The notes: generated by a model not told the origin, from the letters alone. Shown: positions 26,898 to 36,846, numbered from the stretch's first letter. The stretch is 64,000 bases of DNA from an uncultured Bilophila sp. (GCA_910585945.1 CAJUHZ010000003.1:4240-68239), one strand, 5' to 3'. Program-made: numbers and translations.

Positions 26898-26931
26898 GAA
26901 GCCATTTCATCATTTCATATGAAATGGCTTC
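26898..26931. repeat. Stand-alone TTTCAT/ATGAAA-class hairpin
   Basis: gaagccatttcat - catttcat - atgaaatggcttc (13-bp stem). Preceded by aagacaccgg, which resembles the family-1 terminus. Confidence 0.7.
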
Positions 26932-27024
26932 TCCCTTCAGGCGTGATCCGGCGGGGCTGAAAAACGCCGCACCTGAGCCAGAAACAATAAAAACGCTGTT
27001 TCTGTTTGTCCCGTATGGGCGCAA

Positions 27025-27078
27025 CGCGACAGGGCGTGCCCATGACCTGTAAAAAAGTCATGGGCACGCCCTGTCGCG
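27025..27078. repeat. Perfect 22-bp inverted repeat
   Basis: cgcgacagggcgtgcccatgac - ctgtaaaaaa - gtcatgggcacgccctgtcgcg. Lies 79 bp downstream of the ACT gene stop. Confidence 0.9.
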
Positions 27079-27156
27079 GGTGTGAAAGGCGGGCGGCCTT
27101 CCGGGCAACTCTGCGGCAAACGCCGCGTCGCCCCTGAAGGCGGCATGGGGGACACG

Positions 27157-27585
27157 TTACGCGTAGATTTTTTCGTTGGGCAGAATCGTGATATTCTTCG
27201 CCACAAGGGCTTCAATGGCCTGATCGATGCGATCGAAGCGGAAGATCATGGTCGCGCTGTTCCCGCCTTTCTGCACAAAGGCGTACATGTATTCGATATT
27301 GACGTTCCGGCCGTCCAGCGCCTGAAGGATGGCGTTCAGTCCGCCGGGCTGATCGTCCACCTGCACGGCCACGACAGCGGTGCGCCCCACGGTAAAGCCG
27401 GCTTCTTTCATGATTTCCTTGGCTTTTTCCGTATTGTCCACAATGAGACGCAGGATGCCGAAGTCGGAAGTATCCGCAAGGGAAAGCGCCCGGATGTTGA
27501 TGCCGGCGTTTGCCAGGGTTTTTGTCACTTCAGCCAGCCGGCCGGCCTTGTTCTCAAGAAAGATGGACAGTTGTTCGACTTTCAT
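27157..27585 (-). CDS. ACT-domain (amino-acid-binding) protein
   Basis: [31 protein letters not shown] plus a second ACT-like half. 142 aa counted from the internal ATG. Confidence 0.8.
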   Translation of the reverse strand: MKVEQLSIFLENKAGRLAEVTKTLANAGINIRALSLADTSDFGILRLIVDNTEKAKEIMKEAGFTVGRTAVVAVQVDDQPGGLNAILQALDGRNVNIEYMYAFVQKGGNSATMIFRFDRIDQAIEALVAKNITILPNEKIYA

Positions 27586-27679
27586 GATGGTTCCCTTTTC
27601 AAAGGTGCGTCCTGCGATGTGCCCCATGCCGCAATGTGGTCCCGGGCGACGGCGACAGCCCCGGCGCGTTTGCCGCGCT

Positions 27680-27877
27680 TCAGGCCGAATGGCTCGTGTC
27701 GTCGTTTTTCTTGTCCTTGGGAGTGATATCGATCTCGTCCGGTTCGGAACTTGCCCGTTTGAAATTGCGGATGGCGCGTCCCAGGCCTCCCCCGATTTCC
27801 GGGAGTTTCTTGGCTCCGAAAATCACGACGACGATGAGCAGAATAAGCAGCAGTTCCTGCATCCCAATACCGTACAT
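27680..27877 (-). CDS. tatA: Twin-arginine translocase subunit TatA/E
   Basis: [40 protein letters not shown] gives a TM helix, FG hinge and amphipathic helix. RBS GGGAGG. Confidence 0.88.
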   Translation of the reverse strand: MYGIGMQELLLILLIVVVIFGAKKLPEIGGGLGRAIRNFKRASSEPDEIDITPKDKKNDDTSHSA

Positions 27878-28029
27878 ACAACCTCCCTGTCGTCTTTCCG
27901 GGCGCGTTCGGGCCACGGCGCGTTCGGGCGCATGGCGATCGGGGCGGATTGACGGCAGCAACGTGCTTTTGGGCGGAATCCCGGCCAGCGCGGCCGGACG
28001 GCGCGCCTTTGAAACGCGCGCGCTTCAGT

Positions 28030-28054
28030 TCATTTCATATGAATCATGAAATGA
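28030..28054. repeat. TTTCAT/ATGAAA-class hairpin
   Basis: tcatttcat - atgaatc - atgaaatga (9-bp stem) in the tatA upstream region. Confidence 0.55.
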
Positions 28055-28234
28055 TTTCCAAGGAAAGCATTCCTATAGCGTGGGCGCTCCGGCCAGGTCA
28101 AGCGGCCTGCCGTTTCGTTCTTCCTGTCCGTCCTGTACGCTGGTCAGGCCGCTGCGCCGCCTCACCCGTTGCGCCCGAGGCCGCATCAGGCTACATGTCT
28201 TGAGCCGGGGGCAGCCCGCCGGCAAGGATACGCC

Positions 28235-29194
28235 ATGCCTGCCATTCTTCCAAGTCTTATTGTGTATGTGCCGCTCATGCATCCGGAACTTTTGCCCTCC
28301 GGATTGCCGGAAGGGCTTTCCGTACTGTGGCCGGGGCTTCCGACATCATCGCGTTCTTTTCCCCGGGGCGGGCGGGTCGCCGCATGGCGGCCGCCCATGC
28401 CGTATTCTCCGGCAGAGGCGGCGGCCTGTCTGGCCGATCTTGAGGCGTTGGGCCGCGACATGCTGGACGGAGCGCCCGTGCATGCGGCCGGCGCGGCACG
28501 GCCGACTGCCGGGGGAGGTTTCGCCTCCGGAGAGGCTCTGGCTCTGAACCGTTTTGCCGGGCAGGGGAGGCAGTCGCCGGTTTCGGCCCCGTCAGCCTTG
28601 CCCGTTGCGGCGGACGCCGGGGATTCCGGTTCGTGCGAGACAGAGAGCGAGCGCCGCCGTGCGCAGCGGCTCCTTCTGCTCGCCTGGCTGCAGGAAGAGC
28701 GAGTTCGGGATATGGACGGCCTGTGGAACCGGTATCATGCCGGATCGGCCGCGCTTGCGGGCGCGCTTTGCGCGGATCGGGAAGGCGGCATCCCTGCCGA
28801 GTCGGAGTCGTTTTCATCCGATTTTGCCCCGGGGGCCGAGAGCGCCGGCGGGGATGCCCCTGCGGGCGCGCGCGCCTTTCTTCCGCCCTGGCGTTTCGTG
28901 CTGGAGCAGATGGCGTATTTTCTGCCCGAGGGCGCGGCGCTGTTCACGGCGGACCCCCGCCTTTTGCGGGAAGCGGCGTTCGCTTCCTCTCCGACGGCGG
29001 AAGAGGGCGGCGCGGCATGGCCGGACCTTGACGAATGGAATGAACGGGGAGGCTGGGACGAGAGCGTGCGCCGGCGTCTCCGGATTGGGCGCGCGCCGCT
29101 GTGGCGTCTTCTGGGCCTGCCTGGTCCGCAAGAGGGAAAACCCCGGCTTGATGCGGCCCGTCTCGTGATCATGCTCCATCAGAATGAAAAGTGA
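28235..29194 (+). CDS. Hypothetical protein (Ala/Pro/Gly-rich, no recognisable domain)
   Basis: ORF 28169..29194. ATG at 28235 follows AAGGA. Its stop lies 12 bp before the HAD gene. I recognise no motif. Confidence 0.45.
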   Translation: MPAILPSLIVYVPLMHPELLPSGLPEGLSVLWPGLPTSSRSFPRGGRVAAWRPPMPYSPAEAAACLADLEALGRDMLDGAPVHAAGAARPTAGGGFASGEALALNRFAGQGRQSPVSAPSALPVAADAGDSGSCETESERRRAQRLLLLAWLQEERVRDMDGLWNRYHAGSAALAGALCADREGGIPAESESFSSDFAPGAESAGGDAPAGARAFLPPWRFVLEQMAYFLPEGAALFTADPRLLREAAFASSPTAEEGGAAWPDLDEWNERGGWDESVRRRLRIGRAPLWRLLGLPGPQEGKPRLDAARLVIMLHQNEK

Positions 29195-29206
29195 CAGGGG
29201 CGTTGG

Positions 29207-29941
29207 ATGCGTATGCGTGAAACAGGACCCGAACAGGATGCCGCTCCGGAGCGCGTCCTTTCCCCGGATCGGACGGGAGAACGGACGCTTGAAGCGCGGT
29301 TGCGCGCCGCCTTTCCCCAGGGCGTGACCGGGCTGATTTTTGACTGCGACGGCGTGCTCGTTGATTCCAAGGACGCCAACATCGGGTATTACAACAGGCT
29401 GCTTGCGGAATTCGGCCGCCCGCCCATGCCCGAATCGTTCGTGGATTATGTGCAGATGGCCAGCGTTAACCAGGCGTTTGAACTTCTTTTCACGCCCGAG
29501 GAACTGCGACAGATCCCCGCGCTCACGAAACGTGTTCCCTACAGCACGGTTTCCCTGCCGCTCCTGCGTCTTGAGGAGGGCGTGCGCGATCTTCTGGAAC
29601 GGCTGCTCGAAAGGGGGGTTCGCCTCGCCGTGCATACCAACCGCGGATCGGGGGTGTGGGACGTGCTTGACATGTTTTCCCTGCGCGGCTTCTTTGATCC
29701 GGTCATGACCGTGGAGGACGTGGCCCCCAAGCCCGATCCGGAGGGGGTGCGACGCATTCTTGCCGCCTGGGGAGCGCGCCCCGGTGAAGTCGGCTTTGTG
29801 GGGGACAGCTCAACCGACGCCGGGGCCGCCGCCGGGGCCGGGGTTCCCCTGCTGGCGTACCGCAACCCCGCGCTGGCGGCGGCCGTGCATGTGGACGATT
29901 TCATGCGTCTTGGCGGCGCTCTGACCTCTCTGAAGCCGTAA
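29207..29941 (+). CDS. HAD-superfamily hydrolase (phosphatase)
   Basis: Motif I LIFDCDGVLVDS and motif IV FVGDSSTD. Confidence 0.85.
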   Translation: MRMRETGPEQDAAPERVLSPDRTGERTLEARLRAAFPQGVTGLIFDCDGVLVDSKDANIGYYNRLLAEFGRPPMPESFVDYVQMASVNQAFELLFTPEELRQIPALTKRVPYSTVSLPLLRLEEGVRDLLERLLERGVRLAVHTNRGSGVWDVLDMFSLRGFFDPVMTVEDVAPKPDPEGVRRILAAWGARPGEVGFVGDSSTDAGAAAGAGVPLLAYRNPALAAAVHVDDFMRLGGALTSLKP

Positions 29942-29971
29942 TGAACTGAACAGGTTGTACAAGGAGAATAT

Positions 29972-30271
29972 ATGTTTGTCGTGGGAAATGTTCTTTTTGC
30001 CGTGGCCAGGGTTCTCGACACGCTGCTGTCGCTGTACTTCTGGGTTATCGTGGTGGCCGCGCTCCTGTCCTGGGTTCGCCCCGATCCCTACAACCCCATC
30101 GTTCGCACCTTGCACACGCTGACGGAGCCGGTGTTCTACCGTATCCGCAAGGTTCTGCCGTTTACGTTCGTCAGCGGGCTTGACCTTTCGCCGGTGGTGG
30201 CGCTTATCATCATCCAACTGATTCAAATGATTGTCATCCGCTCGCTCTACCAGTACGCCGCCATGGTGTGA
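29972..30271 (+). CDS. yggT: YggT family membrane protein
   Basis: 99 aa. LLSLYFWVIVVAALLSWV...YNPIVRTLHTLTEPV is the YggT pattern. Confidence 0.85.
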   Translation: MFVVGNVLFAVARVLDTLLSLYFWVIVVAALLSWVRPDPYNPIVRTLHTLTEPVFYRIRKVLPFTFVSGLDLSPVVALIIIQLIQMIVIRSLYQYAAMV

Positions 30272-30554
30272 GCAGGGGCGGGGGGCGCTCCGGAGATTCC
30301 CTTTCTTGTTTTTTTGGGGTAAGCGTTCAATAATGCTTTCCGCACGTCTCCATACGGCGGGCGCACGGCGGTTTGCCGAAAAACAGTCTTTTCATTGCGC
30401 CCCGGCAGGGGCCTGCCGGCGCGTGTCGGTTCTGGAGCCGTTTGGCTTTCAAAATGTTCTGGCGGCCGCGAGAGCAACCGCCCTGCCGAAGGAACGGAAG
30501 CGACCGGAGCGCGCCCGCTCGGGCAAGGCGGATTACGGGCATCGACAGCAATGC

Positions 30555-30629
30555 AAACCGCGTTTTTTCGTGAACGATCCTGCACAACAAGTCACGCAAA
30601 CCATGCAGGCATGTTGTGCAATCAGACCC
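30555..30629 (+). repeat. Variant copy of the shared repeat core with a different hairpin
   Basis: aaaccgcgttttttcgtgaacgatcc + tgcacaaca...tgttgtgca + atcagaccc. The flanks match family 1 (cgttttttcgcgaacgatcc ... atcagacac), but the stem sequence has been replaced. Confidence 0.65.
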
Positions 30630-30674
30630 AATAGAGTGGAACACAACCCTTTAACCTGCCGGAGAATCCCTATC

Positions 30675-30908
30675 ATGGAACAGCGCGATCTCCTTCTTGT
30701 GGAAAAGTACGCCGCGACTCATCCCGAACTGAAAGAACTCTGGGAGGATCATATCCTCTACGAAAAACAGGTGGAGAAGCTGGAAGCCCGGACGTACCGC
30801 AGCCCGACGGAAGAACAAACGCTCAAGCAGTTGAAGAAACAGAAGCTGGAAGGCAAAACGCGGCTGCACGACCTGCTTGATCAACTGCGCCGGCAGGAAG
30901 AAAACTGA
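30675..30908 (+). CDS. DUF465 (YdcH-like) small coiled-coil protein
   Basis: 77 aa, MEQRDLLLVEKYAATHPELKELWEDHILYEKQVEKLE. Its stop overlaps the ilvB ATG (ATGA... context TGATG). Confidence 0.7.
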   Translation: MEQRDLLLVEKYAATHPELKELWEDHILYEKQVEKLEARTYRSPTEEQTLKQLKKQKLEGKTRLHDLLDQLRRQEEN

Positions 30909-32599
30909 TGTTGCGCACCGGGGCCGGGGTTTTGCTGGAAACCCTGAAGCGCGAAGGCGTGGAAGTGCTGTTCGGGTATCCCGGGGGATCGGTCATAGAC
31001 ATTTATCATGAACTTTCCGATCACCCCGAGATCCGGCACATTCTTGTCCGGCACGAACAGGGCGCCGTCCACGCCGCGGACGGTTACGCCCGCGCTTCGG
31101 GCAAAGTCGGCGTGTGCCTGGTCACATCCGGCCCCGGCGCCACCAATACCGTCACCGGCATCGCCACGGCGTACGCCGATTCCATCCCCCTTGTGGTGCT
31201 GACGGGGCAGGTGCCCACGGCGCTTATCGGGAACGACGCCTTTCAGGAAGTGGATATCGTCGGCATCACGCGGCAATGCACCAAGCACAATTTTCTGGTC
31301 AAGGACGTCGCAAAGCTGGCGCGCACGATCCGCGAGGCGTTCTACCTTGCGCGATCCGGTCGGCCGGGGCCGGTGCTTGTGGATATTCCCAAGGATATCC
31401 AGCAGGCGACCTGCGAGTTCGTCTGGCCGGAGGAAGTGAAGATCCGGAACTACTGCCCGACGTTCACGGCCAACCTGAACCAGCTCAGACGCGGCATGGA
31501 CGTGCTCATGACCTCGCAGCGGCCGGTTTTTGTGGCCGGCGGGGGCGTCATCATGGCCGACGGCGCGGAAGAGCTTCGCCGCCTTGCGCATCGGATGCAC
31601 GCGCCGGTGACCTCTACCCTGATGGGGCTTGGCGCGTTCCCCGGCGACGATCCGCTCTGGCTCGGGATGCTTGGGATGCATGGAACGTTTGCGGCCAACA
31701 AGGCCGTCAGCGAGGCGGACGTCATCCTGGCCGTGGGCGTGAGGTTTGACGACAGGGTCACCGGAAAGCTCTCCGCTTTCGCGCCCCGCGCCCGCATTGT
31801 CCATATCGACATCGATCCGACTACCCTGCGCAAGAATGTCCGGGTGGAAGTGCCGCTTGTGGCCGATTGCCGCGACACCCTGCGCGGTCTTGCGGCCATT
31901 CTGGATTCGGGCCATGCCCCGAAGGATTGGGAAAAGGACCATGCCGACTGGATCCGGCAGGTGCGCGAATGGCGCGACGGGCAGCCGCTCGCCTGGACGC
32001 CGGGCGACTGTCTCAAGCCGCAGCAGGTGCTTGAAGAACTGGACCGCCTGACCGGCGGCGAGGCGATCCTCACCACGGAAGTGGGGCAGAACCAGATGTG
32101 GGCCGCCCAGTTCTGCGTCTGCCGCAAACCGCGGACCTTCCTTACCTCGGGCGGGCTTGGCACCATGGGGTACGGGCTTCCCGCGGCCATCGGAGCGCAG
32201 CTTGCCTTTCCGGACAGGCTGGTTGTCGATATCGCGGGCGACGGATCCATTCAGATGAACATTCAGGAACTGATGACTGCCGTGGAGCAGCGCCTCCCGG
32301 TGAAAGTGCTCGTGCTGAACAACGGTCACCTGGGCATGGTGCGTCAGTGGCAGGAACTGTTCTACAACAACAATTGCGTTGCCACGAACATGCGGTGGCA
32401 GCCGGATTTCGTCAAGCTGGCCGAAGCCTACGGGGCCGAGGGCGTGCGTATCTCCACGGAACAGGATCTGGCGGATCTGCTCCCGGCGGCGTTGCGATCG
32501 CCGCGCGCCACCGTTATTGACGTGCGTGTCGAGCCGGAAGAAAACGTGTACCCGATGGTCCCGACCGGGGCGGCTCTGGATGAAATGTTGCTTGTGTGA
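30908..32599 (+). CDS. ilvB: Acetolactate synthase large subunit
   Basis: 563 aa. Motifs FGYPGGSVIDIY, GGLGTMGYGLPAAIGA and NNGHLGMVRQWQ (ThDP enzyme). Confidence 0.95.
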   Translation: MLRTGAGVLLETLKREGVEVLFGYPGGSVIDIYHELSDHPEIRHILVRHEQGAVHAADGYARASGKVGVCLVTSGPGATNTVTGIATAYADSIPLVVLTGQVPTALIGNDAFQEVDIVGITRQCTKHNFLVKDVAKLARTIREAFYLARSGRPGPVLVDIPKDIQQATCEFVWPEEVKIRNYCPTFTANLNQLRRGMDVLMTSQRPVFVAGGGVIMADGAEELRRLAHRMHAPVTSTLMGLGAFPGDDPLWLGMLGMHGTFAANKAVSEADVILAVGVRFDDRVTGKLSAFAPRARIVHIDIDPTTLRKNVRVEVPLVADCRDTLRGLAAILDSGHAPKDWEKDHADWIRQVREWRDGQPLAWTPGDCLKPQQVLEELDRLTGGEAILTTEVGQNQMWAAQFCVCRKPRTFLTSGGLGTMGYGLPAAIGAQLAFPDRLVVDIAGDGSIQMNIQELMTAVEQRLPVKVLVLNNGHLGMVRQWQELFYNNNCVATNMRWQPDFVKLAEAYGAEGVRISTEQDLADLLPAALRSPRATVIDVRVEPEENVYPMVPTGAALDEMLLV

Positions 32600-32672
32600 A
32601 TCGGCGCAGGCTGGTCCGGCGTCCCTGTAGTCCATCTCGGCGGCTTTATGCGGCCGCCCGTGCGGAGGAAGA

Positions 32673-33164
32673 ATGCGGCGAGTGTTGTCTGTTCTGGTGG
32701 AAAATGAACCCGGGGTTCTTTCCCGCGTGGCCGGGCTGTTCAGCGGGCGCGGCTTCAACATCGAATCGCTCAATGTCGCGCCTACGCTTGAGGAAGGCGT
32801 TTCGCACATGACGATCACCACGCGTGGGGACGAGCAGATCATTGAGCAGATCGTCAAGCAGTTGCGCAAGCTGGTCACGGTGATCAAGGTTGTGGATTTT
32901 GAAGGCATGTCCGCCGTCGAGCGTGAAATGATGATGATCAAGGTCCATGCCGAAGAATCCAAGCGCGGTGAAGTCCTGCGCATTGCGGATATCTTCCGGT
33001 GCAAGGTCGTGGATGTCAGCCTTGCGGATCTGACGCTGGAGGCCACGGGAGATTACGGAAAGCTCCGGGCGATCATCCAGTTGCTGCAAAAGTTCGGCAT
33101 CAAGGAAATGGCGCGCACCGGCACCCTGTCCGTACGGCGAACCATGCAGCAGGACGACGTGTAA
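32673..33164 (+). CDS. ilvN: Acetolactate synthase small (regulatory) subunit
   Basis: LSVLVENEPGVLSRVAGLFSGRGFNIESL ACT domain. 163 aa. Confidence 0.93.
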   Translation: MRRVLSVLVENEPGVLSRVAGLFSGRGFNIESLNVAPTLEEGVSHMTITTRGDEQIIEQIVKQLRKLVTVIKVVDFEGMSAVEREMMMIKVHAEESKRGEVLRIADIFRCKVVDVSLADLTLEATGDYGKLRAIIQLLQKFGIKEMARTGTLSVRRTMQQDDV

Positions 33165-33198
33165 GCTCTGTCGGGTCTGATGTTGCGGGATTCCGTTT

Positions 33199-33238
33199 CG
33201 CTGTTCCCGCCCTCATCCGGGGCGGGAACAGCGTTTTT
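33199..33238 (+). terminator. Rho-independent terminator after ilvN
   Basis: cgctgttcccgcc - loop - ggcgggaacagcg followed by TTTTTT. Confidence 0.8.
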
Positions 33239-33261
33239 TGCATTTTCGGAGCGTGGTCGCG

Positions 33262-34776
33262 TTACAAGGCCACGGAAGCTTTGGCGGCCAGCGCTTCGAG
33301 CAGATCGCGCATGGCGCGCAGGGTGGGGTCTCCGGCCAGGGCCGGGGCCAGCCTGTCCAGACGGGGAAAGGCCAGCCAGACGCCGCCGGCGTCTTCCCAC
33401 ACGGCGATGCGCAAGGGCAGGTCCAGCGCCAGGCTCTGATCCTTGAGCATCAGGTGTGTCCCCACCGCTGGCGCGCCAAACACGATCACCCGGGTGGGCG
33501 GCAGCTTCAGATCCGCCTCATGCGCGTTGCGCGCGTGGTCAAAGCGGGCGAAGACCGGAATACGCCGGCGGCTCAGTTCGTCTTCGACGCGCTGCATCAC
33601 CCGGTCTGCGTCGTCGGAGCACTCGCAGAGACAGATGCGGTCCGTATCGTGAGCCGGGGCCATGGCGCTCCCGAAGGCCGCGGCAATGCGCCGCGCCAGC
33701 CAGGTGAAGTCCACGCCTTCCCTGTTGGCCAGCAGGGTGACGCAGACGAGTTCCGAGGCGTCCGTGAAGCGGCTCAGAAAGGCGGAAAAGCCGGGGACGG
33801 ATCCCTTGATGTCCATCAGGCCCCGATGATGGTAAAAGTTCCAGCCGCTCATGGCCGGCACGCGCCTTCCGTCAGGAAGGGCGAAGGGCTTGTACAGAAG
33901 ATCGCGATTTTCGGGCCTGGTCACCAGAATGGACCCTGCGAGGCAGATATCCCAATAGCTGACGTCTTCGGCCGAGGCCCAGATATCCGCAAAGCCCTTG
34001 AAGGCGGCCGATTCGGGGCGCGGAACCGGCCGGCCGGCGGCGTCGTGGCCGGTGGCGTGCTCAGCCGGGTTGACAAAGATTTTCTCGCTCTTGAAGCGGG
34101 TGTGCAGATTGTTGGCGGCGGCCACGTCTTCTTCATGCAGCCGGGCCAGATCTTCGGAAAAGCAGGTGTGTTGCAGCCCCAGAAAGGCGATTTGCCGCTC
34201 GGTGACGAAATCGTGGTAGCTCTGCCCGGAAACACGCTCAATGATCTCGGCCAGAAGCAGAAAATGCGTCGCGCTTACCGCGGCGTCCGTATCGGGAGCA
34301 AAGGACGGGGGCGTGTCGCGCGCCAAATCGATCAGCTCACGGGCGGTCCAGCCGGCTCGGGCCGGGTCAAAGTCCGGATGGTTGCGGTAGTCGGGCAGGC
34401 CCGCGCTGTGCCGCAAGAGGTGCAGCACGGTGACGCCGGACCACGCGGGGGGCAGATCCGGCAGGAGATCCGTAATCCGGGCGTCGAGACGGAGTTGCCC
34501 CGCCTCGTAAAGCTGCATGACGGCCACGCCTGCATACGCCTGTGAAATGGGGCCAACAGGCCAGATCGTGCGCGTGGAGGCCAGCCGTTTTTGCTCCGGA
34601 TCGGCAAAGCCGTAGCCGACGACGCGCGGGATGTACGGCGCCTGGACAATGGCCAGAGTGAGGCCGGGAATGTCATGTTGCTGCATGAATTCGGCAATCA
34701 TCGCGTCGACGGTATGCCCGAGGTAGGCGACTTCGATATCGCCTCGGACTGTGGGGCGAACGGTGGGGGTCTCCAT
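33262..34776 (-). CDS. Beta-lactamase-fold serine-hydrolase-like domain fused to C-terminal DUF302 domain
   Basis: ATG at 34776 follows AGGAGAG. The N-terminal domain has a PBP/class-C-like pattern, but the SxxK position reads SQAY (Ser 34545..34543, Tyr 34536..34534). The C-terminus RIPVFARFDHARNA...VIVFGAPAVGTHLM...DLPLRIAVWED is DUF302-like. Confidence 0.75.
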   Translation of the reverse strand: METPTVRPTVRGDIEVAYLGHTVDAMIAEFMQQHDIPGLTLAIVQAPYIPRVVGYGFADPEQKRLASTRTIWPVGPISQAYAGVAVMQLYEAGQLRLDARITDLLPDLPPAWSGVTVLHLLRHSAGLPDYRNHPDFDPARAGWTARELIDLARDTPPSFAPDTDAAVSATHFLLLAEIIERVSGQSYHDFVTERQIAFLGLQHTCFSEDLARLHEEDVAAANNLHTRFKSEKIFVNPAEHATGHDAAGRPVPRPESAAFKGFADIWASAEDVSYWDICLAGSILVTRPENRDLLYKPFALPDGRRVPAMSGWNFYHHRGLMDIKGSVPGFSAFLSRFTDASELVCVTLLANREGVDFTWLARRIAAAFGSAMAPAHDTDRICLCECSDDADRVMQRVEDELSRRRIPVFARFDHARNAHEADLKLPPTRVIVFGAPAVGTHLMLKDQSLALDLPLRIAVWEDAGGVWLAFPRLDRLAPALAGDPTLRAMRDLLEALAAKASVAL

Positions 34777-34925
34777 AATCAACTCTCCTTGCAGGCGGCG
34801 CGGGCAGCGCCTCCACCTTGGCAGGCAGTTTTCAAAACAATCCGATGCCAACAGATGCCGTGGGGCCGATCATAGTGGCGCGTCGCATAAAATGTAATGA
34901 TATTTCACATGGTTTTTTCTGGGTA

Positions 34926-35025
34926 TTGCCGTCACTTCCCCGCGGAGCGGGACAGGCGCGGCAAAACGCGGTTTACCGGCTTGTTCGGCACGGGCGTCCG
35001 CTCTCGCGGCCGCCGGGCGTTTGCC
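34926..35025 (-). repeat. Family-4 100-bp intergenic repeat, copy 4b
   Basis: Reverse complement is about 95% identical to 5245..5344. Confidence 0.85.
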
Positions 35026-35115
35026 CACAATTCATTGGGAAAACGCTCCAACCCCAAACAGGAAAAGGATCCTGCCGGTGATGGAGCGCGCTTTTTGTTC
35101 CGCGCAAGCGTAATC

Positions 35116-35259
35116 CTAGTGTCTACTTGCAAAAGTAGACACTACAAAACCCGTAAGGGTTTTGCGGCGGCGTAGCCGCCGTGAGTGAGCGAAAAACCAC
35201 GTTTTTTCGCGAACGATCCTGCAAAAATTCTTCGCAGAATTTTTGCAATCAGACACTGG
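35116..35259 (+). mobile_element. Family-1 MITE-like element, copy 1C (inverted relative to 1A/1B)
   Basis: Termini are ctagtgtctac...cagacactgg. About 3 mismatches to copy 1B. Confidence 0.88.
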
Positions 35260-35366
35260 CGAGACATTGTGAAATCGGAGAGCGCCGGGGGGGGGGAAGA
35301 TACGAAAAGTGCTGCTCCCCTCCGGAAAAACTTGCCAGCCGGTGCGGGCTTGTGTAGGCTGACTCG

Positions 35367-35397
35367 ACACGGGCGAGAGATGTTCGCCCGTGTTTTT
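35367..35397 (+). promoter_or_regulatory. Terminator-like hairpin in the ilvC leader (candidate attenuator)
   Basis: acacgggcga - gagatgt - tcgcccgtgt followed by TTTT, about 95 nt upstream of the ilvC ATG. A possible TTGCCA-17-TAGGCT promoter lies just upstream. No obvious Ile/Val/Leu-rich leader peptide. Confidence 0.35.
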
Positions 35398-35450
35398 CGC
35401 TTCTTGCGATGCGCGGTCACTGTTCGGGCATACCGCGCTGCGGATGGTGA

Positions 35451-36491
<1,041 letters not shown>

Positions 36492-36846
36492 TTTCGGCGC
36501 TTCAACGTGCCTCGTGAAGAGTCCGGGCGGTTGTGCCGTCCGGACTCGCTTGCGTCAGGGCGCTCGCAGGCGCGCCTCCGCATCGGACCACAGGTCCGAG
36601 GCATCTGATAACGTGTTCCAGCTTCTTCCCTGAGTCGCGTCATGCGGGGCTGGGGAGCCGCTTTGCTCACGCGAAACCTTCGGCTTCGGGATGCCCGCAT
36701 CGTCGACAGAGCGCCCGCTCGGCGGGGCTTGACCGGAGGGGCAGGATCGTCTAGAAGGCACTTCATAAAAGCAAATCCTGGCCCGGCCTGCGGGCGGCAG
36801 CGGCATTTTTCAGGATTCAGAGGCTGAAGATCGACAGCAATTTGCA

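Noticed and set aside
36492-36846. Possible housekeeping ncRNA (RNase P, SRP or 6S RNA) in the 450-bp ilvC-greA gap. An AGTCCGGGC string recalls the RNase P P4 region.
   Set aside because: The other universally conserved RNase P or SRP motifs are absent, and the string is simply one arm of a local hairpin (agtccgggcgg...ccgtccggact). Only the terminator at 36847..36878 is reported.
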